The notes beneath the pieces were generated by a model, which had not been told where the DNA came from, ran no database searches, and worked only from the letters and a program-made list of their open reading frames with translations. From assembly GCA_018713665.1 (NCBI GenBank), contig DVOI01000021.1, positions 1 to 50,264 of the forward strand: DNA of 50,264 nt. Direction: 5' to 3'. The stretch is from Candidatus Ornithoclostridium faecigallinarum. GTDB lineage: Bacteria > Bacillota > Clostridia > Christensenellales > UBA3700. Below are positions 25,546 through 34,784 of the stretch, one piece after another; position 1 is the first letter of the stretch, and every line of letters begins with the position of its first letter. Made by a program: the position numbers and the translations under genes.

Positions 25546-27042
25546 TTGAGTGTGAAACGAGTGGTCAAGGCGTTTGCCCTCGTCACCGCGGTGTCGGCGG
25601 CGACAAGGCTTATGTCCTTCTTTTTCAAGATCTATCTGTCGCGCGAATTGGGCGCCGAGATCCTCGGTCTGTATCAGATCGCGCTGTCCGTCCTCGGGCT
25701 GATGTCGTGCGTGGGCAGCAGCGGCGTCCCCGTCACTCTCTCGCGGCTGTCCGCCGAGAACGACGCCCTCGGACGCCGCCGCGACAGCGACGCGCTGACC
25801 ACGCTCTGTCTGCTTGCGTCGGGCGGCGCGGCGCTCGCACTGACTCTCGCCTCGCTCGCCTTCCCGTCCGTCGTCGAAAGACTGTTTTCCGACCCGCGCT
25901 GCGTGCCCGTCTTTTATGCCTGTCTGCCCATGCTGATGACGACGTCCGTCTATGCGACGCTGCGCGGCAGGTTTTGGGGAGAGCGCAATTACGGCGTGTT
26001 CGCGGCGACCGAACTGCTTGACGAGATCGCCAAAATTGTCCTGTCCGTGTTGTTTATCACCGCTTTGGGGGTCACTGCCGACGCTCCCGTCGCCTATGCG
26101 TATGCACTCGTCGCCGGCGATGTGATCGTCGTCGCGGTGCTGTGCGTATGCTACTTCGCGTCGGGGGCGAAAGCCTCCCGTCCCCACGGCGCGCGCAAGG
26201 TACTCGCCTCCGCCGCTCCGCTGACCGCGGCAAGGCTGACCGGGAGCGCTATCGGCACGCTCAACTCGCTGATGCTCCCGGCGCTGCTCGTCTCGCTGTG
26301 CGGCTTGACGACCGCCGAGGCGACCGCGGAATTCGGCAGAGCTAGCGGTATGGTGATGCCGCTGCTCTTCACGCCGTCGTCGCTGACCGGCTCGCTCGCG
26401 GTCGTCCTCATCCCCGAACTCGCTTCGATGAGCGCGTCGGGCAGCCGCGACGCTGTCGAGCGCACGAGCGCGATGGCGGTCAAGTTCGCCGCCGCGGTGA
26501 GCGCGTTCTTCTTTGTGATCTTCTGCGCATGCGGCGTTCCTATCGGCACGCTGCTCTATCACGACGCAGTCGCCGGCAAATATCTGTCGGCGGCGTCCGC
26601 GGCGATGATCCCGATGTGCGTCAACGGGATATGCGCGTCCGTGCTCAACTCCTTGGGGCACGAAAAGGCGACGTTTGCGGTCGGCACAGTCGGCGCGCTG
26701 CTCCTCGCCGCACTGATGGCGGCGCTCGTCGGCAGCTGCGGCATATACGCCTACTTCATCGCGATTCTCGTCTCGCACACGCTGTCGCTCGGCGCATACC
26801 TCTTTTTGATGCACAGACACGCCGGCTTGACCGTCGAGACGACCTTGTCCGTCGCCGCGCTTATCGCGTTCGGTTCGCTCGCGGCGCTGTCGCTGTCTCA
26901 ATTGGCGGATGCTTTGAGCGCGCTCCCGACCGCGGCGATTGTCGCGGCGATAGGCGCGGCGGCGCTGCTGCTCTGCGCGGCGTTTGTGGGCGCGACGGGG
27001 ATATTCACCAAGCGCGACATCGAGTCTTTGCTCAAAAAATAG
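25546..27042 (+). CDS. MOP-superfamily flippase, SpoVB/MurJ-like
   Basis: 498 aa with about 14 TM segments. N-terminus RLMSFFFKIYLSRELGAEILGLYQIA. The track start is TTG 25546, so the exact start is uncertain (GTG 25552 is possible). Confidence 0.8.
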   Translation: MSVKRVVKAFALVTAVSAATRLMSFFFKIYLSRELGAEILGLYQIALSVLGLMSCVGSSGVPVTLSRLSAENDALGRRRDSDALTTLCLLASGGAALALTLASLAFPSVVERLFSDPRCVPVFYACLPMLMTTSVYATLRGRFWGERNYGVFAATELLDEIAKIVLSVLFITALGVTADAPVAYAYALVAGDVIVVAVLCVCYFASGAKASRPHGARKVLASAAPLTAARLTGSAIGTLNSLMLPALLVSLCGLTTAEATAEFGRASGMVMPLLFTPSSLTGSLAVVLIPELASMSASGSRDAVERTSAMAVKFAAAVSAFFFVIFCACGVPIGTLLYHDAVAGKYLSAASAAMIPMCVNGICASVLNSLGHEKATFAVGTVGALLLAALMAALVGSCGIYAYFIAILVSHTLSLGAYLFLMHRHAGLTVETTLSVAALIAFGSLAALSLSQLADALSALPTAAIVAAIGAAALLLCAAFVGATGIFTKRDIESLLKK

Positions 27043-27060
27043 CCGCCCCTTTCGGAGCGG
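27034..27060 (-). terminator. Terminator of folT (overlaps the flippase stop codon)
   Basis: The minus strand reads CCGCTCCgaaaGGGGCGG followed by ctatttttt. Confidence 0.6.
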
Positions 27061-27071
27061 CGTTCGCGCCT

Positions 27072-27728
27072 TTATTTCGCCTCGGCGGCGACCTCTTCGC
27101 GCGGCTTTTTGCGCCGGATATAGCCCGACTTTTCCAGCACCGGCAAAAGGCGGCAATACAGCACATAGGTCACCAAACCGTTGATCGCGATCCACAACGG
27201 CTGGGAGATCGCCTTGGAGATGAGCATCTGCAAGAACGGCGTGCCCACGCCCCATCCCTCGCCGATGATGACCTTCGCGAGCGTGTACGGATACATGGAA
27301 TACAGGCTCGCCGCCTCATAGTCGCCGATGGGTATGATGAAGATGCTCGTCGTCTCGCCGAGCGGCGTCAGACAGAGCGTGCATACGACAAACGACGTGC
27401 CTATCGTCGCGAGCAATTTGAAGATGATCTTCCAATCCGTGTAGCGATTGTAAAGCCCCGCGATCATCGCCATCACGCCGTTGGACAGTCCTATCAAGAC
27501 GGAATACGGCCCCTGAGGCATGAGCAATCCCGGGATGAGATCGGCGATCACCGCGACCGTCAACCCCTGCCACGGTCCGAGCACGAAGCCCGAGAGATAG
27601 CAGAACAGATAGACAAGACTGAATCTGCCCAAATAGGTACCGGCTGACTGAAACGAGCAAAGATTTAGCACTACACCGAGCGCAATAAAAATTGCCATAT
27701 CAGCTATCCGTTGAGTTTTGCTGCGCAT
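27072..27728 (-). CDS. folT: ECF transporter S-component, folate family
   Basis: Trimmed to ATG 27728, which follows a GGGAGG Shine-Dalgarno. 218 aa and multi-TM. It lies directly behind a THF riboswitch. Confidence 0.8.
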   Translation of the reverse strand: MRSKTQRIADMAIFIALGVVLNLCSFQSAGTYLGRFSLVYLFCYLSGFVLGPWQGLTVAVIADLIPGLLMPQGPYSVLIGLSNGVMAMIAGLYNRYTDWKIIFKLLATIGTSFVVCTLCLTPLGETTSIFIIPIGDYEAASLYSMYPYTLAKVIIGEGWGVGTPFLQMLISKAISQPLWIAINGLVTYVLYCRLLPVLEKSGYIRRKKPREEVAAEAK

Positions 27729-27790
27729 AACGCACCTCCCGAATAAAAGATACGGCAGAGAGCCGACGAAAAACAATGTCGCTTGTATTC

Positions 27791-27882
27791 GCAGCGGACG
27801 CAACACAACACCGCAAGCATACGCTTTTCGTTTGAAGGCGACATCCCATCCCTCAACACTTAACGCGTCGTGTTTACTCTGC
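27791..27882 (-). promoter_or_regulatory. THF (tetrahydrofolate) riboswitch
   Basis: The minus strand reads GCAGAGUAAACACGACGCGUUAAGUGUUGAGGGAUGGGAUGUCGCCUUCAAACGAAAAGCGUAUGCUUGCGGUGUUGUGUUGCGUCCGCUGC. This matches the conserved THF-I blocks AGAGUA, CGCGUUAAGUGU, GAUGGGAUGUCG, AACGAA, GCGGUG and GCAUCCGCU-like, and P1 closes as GCAG/CUGC. Confidence 0.85.
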
Positions 27883-27890
27883 CGTCTGTA

Positions 27891-27919
27891 ATGATATCAC
27901 ATCCGCGCGCGTTTGTCAT
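27891..27919 (-). promoter_or_regulatory. Putative promoter driving the THF riboswitch and folT (ATGACA-17-TATCAT, extended -10)
   Basis: The minus strand reads ATGACA (27919-27914), a 17-nt spacer ending in gtga, then TATCAT (27896-27891), about 8 nt before the riboswitch P1. Confidence 0.5.
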
Positions 27920-27946
27920 CCGTTTTGACCCAAGTCGCGCGCGGTT

Positions 27947-27976
27947 TTGAATATTCCCCTCTCGCGCGCGCACAAT
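27947..27976 (+). promoter_or_regulatory. Promoter-like TTGAAT-18-CACAAT placed 6 nt before ATG 27983
   Basis: TTGAAT 27947-27952, 18-nt spacer, CACAAT 27971-27976, accgat, ATG. No Shine-Dalgarno site. Confidence 0.35.
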
Positions 27977-27982
27977 ACCGAT

Positions 27983-28645
27983 ATGTTGACCTCGTTCGTG
28001 CGCACGCTGTTGATATATGCGTTTTTGCTGGCGATACTTCGGCTGATGGGCAAAAAGCAACTCGGGGAGCTCCAACCGTTCGAGCTCGCGATCACACTTG
28101 TCGCGGCGGACCTCGCCTGCATCCCGATGTCGGACACGCAGGTGCCGATCGTCTATGGGCTCGTCCCGATATTCACACTGTTTTTGATCGAGGTCGCGAT
28201 CACGCTCGCGCTCAAAAAATCCATGTTTTTGCGCCGCGCAATCAACGGAAAGCCCGTGATCGTCATCACTCCCGACGGCATAGACGGCGACGCGCTCGCA
28301 AAGCTGGAAATGACCGTAGGCGACCTCAACGAAGCGCTGCGCTCAAAGGACGTGTTCTCGCCGGCAAACGTGCGCTGGGCGATCGTCGAGACCAACGGCG
28401 ACCTGTCCGTGATCACCGACGACGCCGCCCCGTCGCCGCGCGACATACCGTTCACTTTGATCTGCGACGGCAAACATATGGACGACAACCTCGTCAAGAG
28501 CGAGATCGACCGCTCCGCAGTCAACGACATTTTGCAAGCCAACTCCCTCAAAGTCAAGGACGCGCTGCTGCTGTCCGTCTCCCCGGGCGGCGAATACTAC
28601 CTGCAGCCGCGGCACGGCAAACGCGTGATCGGGAGCGTGCAATGA
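27983..28645 (+). CDS. DUF421 (YetF-like) membrane protein
   Basis: The track ORF starts at TTG 27947. ATG 27983 gives MLTSFVRTLLIYAFLLAILRLMGKKQLGELQPFELA, a typical DUF421 N-terminus. Confidence 0.8.
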   Translation: MLTSFVRTLLIYAFLLAILRLMGKKQLGELQPFELAITLVAADLACIPMSDTQVPIVYGLVPIFTLFLIEVAITLALKKSMFLRRAINGKPVIVITPDGIDGDALAKLEMTVGDLNEALRSKDVFSPANVRWAIVETNGDLSVITDDAAPSPRDIPFTLICDGKHMDDNLVKSEIDRSAVNDILQANSLKVKDALLLSVSPGGEYYLQPRHGKRVIGSVQ

Positions 28646-29046
28646 AAAAGATCAACGCGTTCTTTTGGGTCAAGATCGCGATCGCGCTGACGCTTGCGAT
28701 CGGTATACCTGCGATCGGCATCGCCGAAGAGGTCTATATGCGCGGCGCGTTCGACGGCGTCGCCGCGGACTGCGAAGAGATCGTCGCGCTGATAGAGCGC
28801 GGCGACGCGGACGGCGCCGCCTCGCTTGCGGAAGCGCTGCGCTCGGATTGGTCGCAAAAGCGCGACATGCTGGAATTCATATATCCCAACGCCGACGTAA
28901 AGGAGCTGCAGCCGCAGATAGGCGAACTGATCGGCGACCTCAAAGCGGACTTGGACGACGACGCGATCGCCCGAGCCAAGATGATCGCCGCCCTTGCCGA
29001 AAACAGCAAAAACCTGCTCGCGTTCAAGTGGAAAAACATCCTTTGA
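28642..29046 (+). CDS. DUF4363-like small membrane-anchored protein (usual DUF421 partner)
   Basis: ATG 28642 overlaps the upstream stop (ATGA). 134 aa with one N-terminal TM segment (FFWVKIAIALTLAIGIPAIGIA). Confidence 0.7.
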   Translation: MKKINAFFWVKIAIALTLAIGIPAIGIAEEVYMRGAFDGVAADCEEIVALIERGDADGAASLAEALRSDWSQKRDMLEFIYPNADVKELQPQIGELIGDLKADLDDDAIARAKMIAALAENSKNLLAFKWKNIL

Positions 29047-29072
29047 CGATTTCAATAGAGGCAATTAACAAA

Positions 29073-29098
29073 CACGGGCACGAAAATTCGTGCCCGTG
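29073..29098. terminator. Hairpin terminator between convergent genes (mainly serves uvrA)
   Basis: 10-bp stem CACGGGCACG/CGTGCCCGTG with loop aaaatt. The minus strand continues tttgtt. Confidence 0.6.
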
Positions 29099-29116
29099 GT
29101 CGTATCTTGTATCGGC

Positions 29117-31927
29117 TTAGTTCTTTTTCAACCGCGGTATCAGATATCTGCCCGTCTCGCTCTTTTTGTTCGCCGCGACCTCTTCCGGGGTACCCTCGGC
29201 GACGATCGTGCCGCCCGCGTCTCCGCCCTCAGGTCCCAAGTCGATGATATAGTCGGCGACCTTGATGACGTCAAGATTGTGCTCGATCACTACGACGGTG
29301 TTGCCGTTGTCGGCGAACCTCTGCAAAATCGCGATGAGCTTCTTTACGTCGTGCGTGTGAAGTCCCGTAGTCGGCTCGTCGAGAATATAGATCGTCTTGC
29401 CCGTGCCGCGCTTTGACAGCTCCGTCGCCAGCTTGACGCGCTGAGCCTCGCCGCCCGAAAGCGTCGTCGCGGGCTGACCCAGCTTGATGTAGGACAGACC
29501 GACGTCGTTGAGCGTCTTGATCTTGTTGTAGATCTGCGGGATGTTGGCAAAGAAGTCGCACGCCTCCTCGACGGTCATCTCGAGCACGTCATAGATGCTC
29601 TTGCCCTTATACCTGACTTGCAGCGTCTCGCGGTTGTAGCGTTTGCCGCCGCAGACCTCGCACGGGACGTAGACGTCTGACAGGAAGTGCATCTCTATCT
29701 TGCGGATGCCGTCGCCGCCGCAATGCTCGCACCTGCCGCCCTTGACGTTGAAGGAAAATCTGCCGGCTTGATATCCCCTCGCCTTCGCTTCGGGGGTCTT
29801 GGCGAAGAGTTCGCGAATCGCGGTGAACACGCCCGTATATGTCGCCGGGTTGGAGCGCGGCGTGCGCCCTATCGGGCTTTGATCGATGCGGATGACCTTG
29901 TCGAGATGTTCGACTCCGTCGACGCCGTCGCAGTCTATGTCCGTGTAGCGCGCGCCGTTGAGTTTTGCGGCGAGCTCGGGGTACAATATCTCATTGATGA
30001 GACTGCTCTTGCCGCTGCCCGAAACGCCGGTGATCGCGACGAATTTGCCGAGCGGTATCCTGACGTCAATGTTTTTGAGATTGTTCTTGCGCGCGCCGCG
30101 TATCGTAAGATACTCGCCGCTTCCCGCCCTGCGCACGCCGGGGACGGGAATGCTCTCCCTGCCCGACAGATATGCGCCGGTGATCGACTTTTGGCACTTC
30201 TTTACGTCGTCGGGTGTGCCGCAGACGACGACCTCGCCGCCGTTGACCCCCGCTCCGGGTCCTATGTCGACGATCCAATCGGCGCGCTCCATCGTCTCTT
30301 CGTCGTGCTCGACGACGATGAGAGTGTTGCCGAGATCGCGCAGACGGCACAGCGTCGCGAGCAATTTGTCGTTGTCGCGCTGATGCAGTCCTATGCTCGG
30401 CTCGTCAAGGATGTAGAGCACGCCCATAAGTCCGCTGCCTATCTGCGTCGCCAGCCTTATGCGCTGCGCCTCGCCGCCGGACAGCGTGCCGGCAGATCTG
30501 CCCAGCGACAGATAGCCCAAACCGACGTTTCGCAAAAAGTTGAGGCGCGCATCAATCTCTTTGAGGATCTGATCGGCGATGACCGCCTCGCTCTTGCCGA
30601 GCTTCAGCTTTTCGAAAAACTCTATCAATTTGACTATCGAGAGATTGCAGAGTTCCCAGATGTTCTTGCCGCCGACAAACACCGCGAGCGCCTCGGGTTT
30701 GAGCCTCTTTCCCTTGCAGACGTCGCAGGGCACGTCGCGCATGTACCGCTCTATCTCCATCTTGACGAAGTCGGACGTCGTCTCGCGGTAGCGGCGGCGC
30801 AGATTGGAAATCACGCCCTCGAAGTTGCGGCGAAAAGACGCGCTGAAATTGGCGGAATCGAACTTGTATTCGATCTGAGTGTTGTCGCCGTAGAGTACGA
30901 CGTTTTGGACGCTCTCGGGCAAGTCCTTGAACGGCGTGCGCAGACTGAACCCGTATTTGCGAGCAAGCGAAGCGAGCGCGCTCTGCGACACCTTTTCGAG
31001 GAACCAGCCGGCGACGTCGACCGCGCCTTCGGCGAGCGACTTGTCCCACTTGACCACCTTGTTGACGTCGATCTCCTGCGTAAAGCCCAAGCCTCCGCAC
31101 TTGGGGCAGGCGCCGTAGGGCGAGTTGAACGAAAAGAGCCTCGGCGTGAGTTCTTCTATGCTGACGTCGCAGTCGGGGCAGGCGTAACGCGTGGAATAGA
31201 GCACGGTCGCACCATTCGTCTCCGCCTCGACCAGACCCTCGGTCAATTTGAGCGCGTTTTCGAGACTGTCCGTCAAGCGGCGGTTTATCCCCTCTTTGAC
31301 GACAAGCCTGTCGACGACGATGCCGATCGTGTGCTTTTTGTTCTTGTCGAGTTTGATCTCCTCGTCGAGCTCGCGGTCGACGCCGTCGACTATCGCGCGC
31401 ATATAGCCGTTTTTGTGCAGCTGTTCGAGCTGTTTGGTATACTCGCCCTTGCGCCCTCTGACTATCGGCGCGATGATGCGCACTTTCGCTCCCTCGGGCG
31501 CCGCCAAAATGCGGTCGGCGATCTGATCGACGGTCTGCTGCTCTATCTTCTTGCCGCACTTGGGGCAATGCACCTCGCCCACGCGCGCGTACAGCAGACG
31601 CAGGTAGTCGTATATCTCCGTCACCGTGCCGACGGTGGAACGCGGATTGTTGGAAGTGGTCTTTTGATCGATCGAGATCGCAGGCGAAAGCCCGTCGATG
31701 TAGTCGACGTCGGGCTTGTCCATCTGCCCGAGGAATTGGCGCGCATACGATGAAAGGCTCTCGATATAGCGGCGCTGTCCCTCGGCGAAAATGGTGTCGA
31801 ACGCGAGCGACGACTTGCCCGAACCGCTCAGACCGGTGAACACGACCAACTTGTCCCGCGGTATGGACACGTCGATGTTTTTGAGGTTGTGGACCCTCGC
31901 TCCCTTTACGAAAATATCTTCTCTCAT
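29117..31927 (-). CDS. uvrA: Excinuclease ABC subunit A
   Basis: 936 aa. N-terminus [38 protein letters not shown] and two ABC modules. Confidence 0.97.
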   Translation of the reverse strand: MREDIFVKGARVHNLKNIDVSIPRDKLVVFTGLSGSGKSSLAFDTIFAEGQRRYIESLSSYARQFLGQMDKPDVDYIDGLSPAISIDQKTTSNNPRSTVGTVTEIYDYLRLLYARVGEVHCPKCGKKIEQQTVDQIADRILAAPEGAKVRIIAPIVRGRKGEYTKQLEQLHKNGYMRAIVDGVDRELDEEIKLDKNKKHTIGIVVDRLVVKEGINRRLTDSLENALKLTEGLVEAETNGATVLYSTRYACPDCDVSIEELTPRLFSFNSPYGACPKCGGLGFTQEIDVNKVVKWDKSLAEGAVDVAGWFLEKVSQSALASLARKYGFSLRTPFKDLPESVQNVVLYGDNTQIEYKFDSANFSASFRRNFEGVISNLRRRYRETTSDFVKMEIERYMRDVPCDVCKGKRLKPEALAVFVGGKNIWELCNLSIVKLIEFFEKLKLGKSEAVIADQILKEIDARLNFLRNVGLGYLSLGRSAGTLSGGEAQRIRLATQIGSGLMGVLYILDEPSIGLHQRDNDKLLATLCRLRDLGNTLIVVEHDEETMERADWIVDIGPGAGVNGGEVVVCGTPDDVKKCQKSITGAYLSGRESIPVPGVRRAGSGEYLTIRGARKNNLKNIDVRIPLGKFVAITGVSGSGKSSLINEILYPELAAKLNGARYTDIDCDGVDGVEHLDKVIRIDQSPIGRTPRSNPATYTGVFTAIRELFAKTPEAKARGYQAGRFSFNVKGGRCEHCGGDGIRKIEMHFLSDVYVPCEVCGGKRYNRETLQVRYKGKSIYDVLEMTVEEACDFFANIPQIYNKIKTLNDVGLSYIKLGQPATTLSGGEAQRVKLATELSKRGTGKTIYILDEPTTGLHTHDVKKLIAILQRFADNGNTVVVIEHNLDVIKVADYIIDLGPEGGDAGGTIVAEGTPEEVAANKKSETGRYLIPRLKKN

Positions 31928-31935
31928 ATCTCGGA

Positions 31936-31964
31936 ATATTATCCCCTTGCGGGGCGATTGTCAA
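31936..31964 (-). promoter_or_regulatory. Internal promoter-like TTGACA-17-TAATAT 8 nt before the uvrA ATG
   Basis: The minus strand reads TTGACA (31964-31959, overlapping the uvrB stop), a 17-nt spacer, TAATAT (31941-31936), tccgagat, ATG 31927. Confidence 0.35.
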
Positions 31965-33949
31965 GCGTTTTTGCCGCCTCTTTTTTTGCTCTCTTCGGCG
32001 ATGCGTTTTTTGAGCTCCGCCGCCTGCTCGCGATAGCGTATCGCAAGCTCGAAGTCGAGAGTGGAAGCGGCGACTTTCATCGCGCTCTGCACCCTGTCCA
32101 GCTCCTTGTACAACTCGGCGACCGTCTTTTTGTCCTTCTTGCCGTCATCGGAAAGTTTTTTGGTGATCTCGAGCGAATTGGTGATCGGCTTGACGATCGT
32201 GCGCGGAGTGATGTTGTGTTCCTCATTGTAGGCGCGCTGTTTGGCGCGGCGGCGGTCTGTCTCGTCTATCGCTCGGCGCATCGACCCGGTGACGGTGTCG
32301 GCATACATCACGACCTTTGCCTCGCTGTTGCGCGCCGCCCTTCCTATCGTCTGTATGAGCGACGTCTCGCTGCGCAAGAAGCCCTCTTTGTCCGCGTCGA
32401 GGATCGCGACCAACGTCACCTCGGGCAGATCCAGCCCCTCGCGCAAGAGGTTGATGCCGACCAGCACGTCAAAGTCGCCGCGCCTCAGCCCCGAGATGAT
32501 CTCAATGCGGTCGAGCGTGTCCACGTCCGAATGCATGTACTTGACCTTGACGTGCTGTTCGGACAGATATTGCGTCAAACTCTCCGCCATCTTCTTGGTC
32601 AAAGTGGTGACGAGCACGCGGCCGCCCTTTTTGGTTTGAATGTGGATCTCCGACAACAGGTCGTCGATCTGCCCCTCTACGGGACGTATCGTCACCTCGG
32701 GATCGAGAAGTCCCGTCGGACGTATCAGCTGCTCGACGACCTGCCCCGCCTCTTTGAGTTCGTACGGTCCGGGCGTCGCCGACACGCAGATCATCTGCCC
32801 CACTCGCGCGTCGAATTCCTCAAACCGAAGCGGACGGTTGTCATACGCCGACGGCAGACGGAACCCGTAATCGACAAGATTTACCTTGCGCGAAAGGTCG
32901 CCGTTGTACATCGCCCTCAGTTGCGGCAGCGTCATATGGCTCTCGTCGACGAACAAAATAAAGTCCTTTGGGAAAAAGTCGAGCAGCGTGTACGGCGGCT
33001 GACCGGGGCTGCGCCCGTCAAAATAGCGCGAATAGTTCTCGATGCCGCTGCAATAGCCCATCTCGCGGATCATCTCGATATCGTAGCTCACCCTCTCTTT
33101 GAGCCGCTGCGCCTCGAGCAGCTTGCCCTGCGCCTCAAACTCCTTGACGCACTCGACCATGTCCTTTCCGATTTGATCGAGCGCCTTGTCCTTTTTCTCC
33201 TTTTCGACGACATAGTGGCTCGCCGGAAAGAGATTGATGTGTTTGAGCTCGCTGATCGGCTTTGCGGTCAGCGGATCGAACTGCACGATGCGCTCAATCT
33301 CATCGCCCCAAAATTCCACCCTCACCGCGACCTCGGAACTGTCGACCGGGAACACCTCGACTACGTCGCCGCGCACGCGGAAACTCGCGCGCTCGAACTC
33401 TATGTCGCTGCGCTTGTACTGTATCTCTATCAGCCTATCGATGAGCTCCTCTCTGTCCATCGTCATGCCGGGACGCAGCGACACCGCGAGAGAATAGTAT
33501 TCGAGCGGCGCGCCGAGACCGTAAATGCACGACACGGACGCGACGACGATGACATTGCGCGATTCGCAGAGCGCGCCTGTCGCCGAGTGGCGCAGCTTGT
33601 CTATCTCGTCGTTGATCGACAAGTCCTTTTCGATGTAGGTATCGGTGCGGGGGATGTACGCCTCCGGCTGATAGTAATCGTAATAAGAAACGAAATATTC
33701 GACCCTGTTGTTGGGGAAAAACTCGCGGAACTCATTGCACAATTGCGCGGCGAGCGTCTTGTTGTGCGCAATGACGAGCGCCGGGCGGTCGAGCCGCGCG
33801 ATGACGTTCGCCATCGTGAACGTCTTGCCGCTGCCGGTCACGCCCAAGAGCACCTGCGTGCGCAGCCCGTCCTCGACACCTTGGATGAGTTGCTCTATCG
33901 CCTGCGGCTGATCGCCGCAGGGCTTGAATTTGCTGTGCAGTTCGTACAT
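31961..33949 (-). CDS. uvrB: Excinuclease ABC subunit B
   Basis: 662 aa. [22 protein letters not shown] and a C-terminal UVR motif. Confidence 0.97.
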   Translation of the reverse strand: MYELHSKFKPCGDQPQAIEQLIQGVEDGLRTQVLLGVTGSGKTFTMANVIARLDRPALVIAHNKTLAAQLCNEFREFFPNNRVEYFVSYYDYYQPEAYIPRTDTYIEKDLSINDEIDKLRHSATGALCESRNVIVVASVSCIYGLGAPLEYYSLAVSLRPGMTMDREELIDRLIEIQYKRSDIEFERASFRVRGDVVEVFPVDSSEVAVRVEFWGDEIERIVQFDPLTAKPISELKHINLFPASHYVVEKEKKDKALDQIGKDMVECVKEFEAQGKLLEAQRLKERVSYDIEMIREMGYCSGIENYSRYFDGRSPGQPPYTLLDFFPKDFILFVDESHMTLPQLRAMYNGDLSRKVNLVDYGFRLPSAYDNRPLRFEEFDARVGQMICVSATPGPYELKEAGQVVEQLIRPTGLLDPEVTIRPVEGQIDDLLSEIHIQTKKGGRVLVTTLTKKMAESLTQYLSEQHVKVKYMHSDVDTLDRIEIISGLRRGDFDVLVGINLLREGLDLPEVTLVAILDADKEGFLRSETSLIQTIGRAARNSEAKVVMYADTVTGSMRRAIDETDRRRAKQRAYNEEHNITPRTIVKPITNSLEITKKLSDDGKKDKKTVAELYKELDRVQSAMKVAASTLDFELAIRYREQAAELKKRIAEESKKRGGKNA

Positions 33950-33950
33950 C

Positions 33951-34316
33951 TCAGCCGCCGGCTATCAACGTGAGTATCCTGACCAACGTGACCGAGAGTA
34001 TCGCGCCCGCGACGGTCAGCACGATCTTGAACTTGATCGCCCTCTTTTCGCTTTCGATCTGACGCGCGAACGCATATCCGTTTTGATGCAAAGTGAAGCA
34101 AAAGACGCGCTCGCCCTTCTTCTCGGTGTCGATTAGCTCGAAGTAGTCCTCGAGTACGAGCGATTTGAGGCACGGTTCGAGATCCTCGCGGCGGAAGTCG
34201 CGGGTATAGGGAATTTCGGCAAGCAACTCCGTCGGAGTCATAAGGCACTTGCCGTCCGTCTTGACGGCTTTGAGATAGACCGCCTTCATGATCAGTTTTT
34301 CCTTTTTTCCGAGCAT
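33951..34316 (-). CDS. Small hypothetical protein: soluble N-domain plus a C-terminal TM helix
   Basis: Trimmed to ATG 34316, which follows a GGAGG Shine-Dalgarno. 121 aa: [32 protein letters not shown]...[25 protein letters not shown] 1-nt gap separates it from uvrB. Confidence 0.65.
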   Translation of the reverse strand: MLGKKEKLIMKAVYLKAVKTDGKCLMTPTELLAEIPYTRDFRREDLEPCLKSLVLEDYFELIDTEKKGERVFCFTLHQNGYAFARQIESEKRAIKFKIVLTVAGAILSVTLVRILTLIAGG

Positions 34317-34324
34317 ACTGCCTC

Positions 34325-34777
34325 CTATACGAGCGCGAAGTGCACGATCAGCGCGACTATGACGCCGCCGATCACTCCGCCGATCACTCCGCCGAGGAGC
34401 CCGAAAACCAACGCGCTCTTCGCGCTCCCGGCGAGCTTCTTGATCTGTTTTGCAAAGCCTTTGTCCTCGTTGTCGTAGACGATGACGCGCCTGCCGGCGG
34501 CGTCCGTGCGTACGACGGTGGACGCGCCGTCGCTCTTGAGCGCAAGCGCTTTGAGTTCCTGCTCCGCGGTGCGCCCCTTGACGGTCACGGTGCAGCACAC
34601 CGACTGACCGTCGTCATACTTTTTGACCGCATATCCGCCCGAGACAAGCTCCGCCATCAGCGCGGCTTGCCCCTCGCCGACCGCCTCTTCGAGGTCGGCC
34701 TTGTCGAACACCGCATACTTGTCCTCGGCGATGTTCTCGCAAAGATAGGTCAAAAGTTTGAGCGCGTCCTCGGTCAT
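34325..34777 (-). CDS. Small hypothetical protein: soluble N-domain plus a C-terminal Gly-rich TM helix
   Basis: 150 aa: MTEDALKLLTYLCENIAEDKYAVFDKADLEEAV...LVFGLLGGVIGGVIGGVIVALIVHFALV. It starts 7 nt after the hom stop. Confidence 0.65.
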   Translation of the reverse strand: MTEDALKLLTYLCENIAEDKYAVFDKADLEEAVGEGQAALMAELVSGGYAVKKYDDGQSVCCTVTVKGRTAEQELKALALKSDGASTVVRTDAAGRRVIVYDNEDKGFAKQIKKLAGSAKSALVFGLLGGVIGGVIGGVIVALIVHFALV

Positions 34778-34784
34778 GTCCGAC

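Noticed and set aside
27043-27060. Hairpin CCGCCCC-tttc-GGAGCGG, nearly identical to the one at 37693-37710 (CCGCCCC-ttgc-GGAGCGG)
   Set aside because: Both are minus-strand terminators followed by U-tracts. A short GC stem with a tetraloop can recur by chance, so I do not treat this as a repeat family without a genome-wide count.
25507-27255. 582-aa minus-strand ORF
   Set aside because: It is antisense to the SpoVB/MurJ-like flippase and runs into folT. The product is extremely Arg-rich with no recognisable motifs.
29687-33973. 688-aa and 694-aa plus-strand ORFs
   Set aside because: They are antisense to uvrA and uvrB, whose identity is certain. The same compositional artefact explains them.
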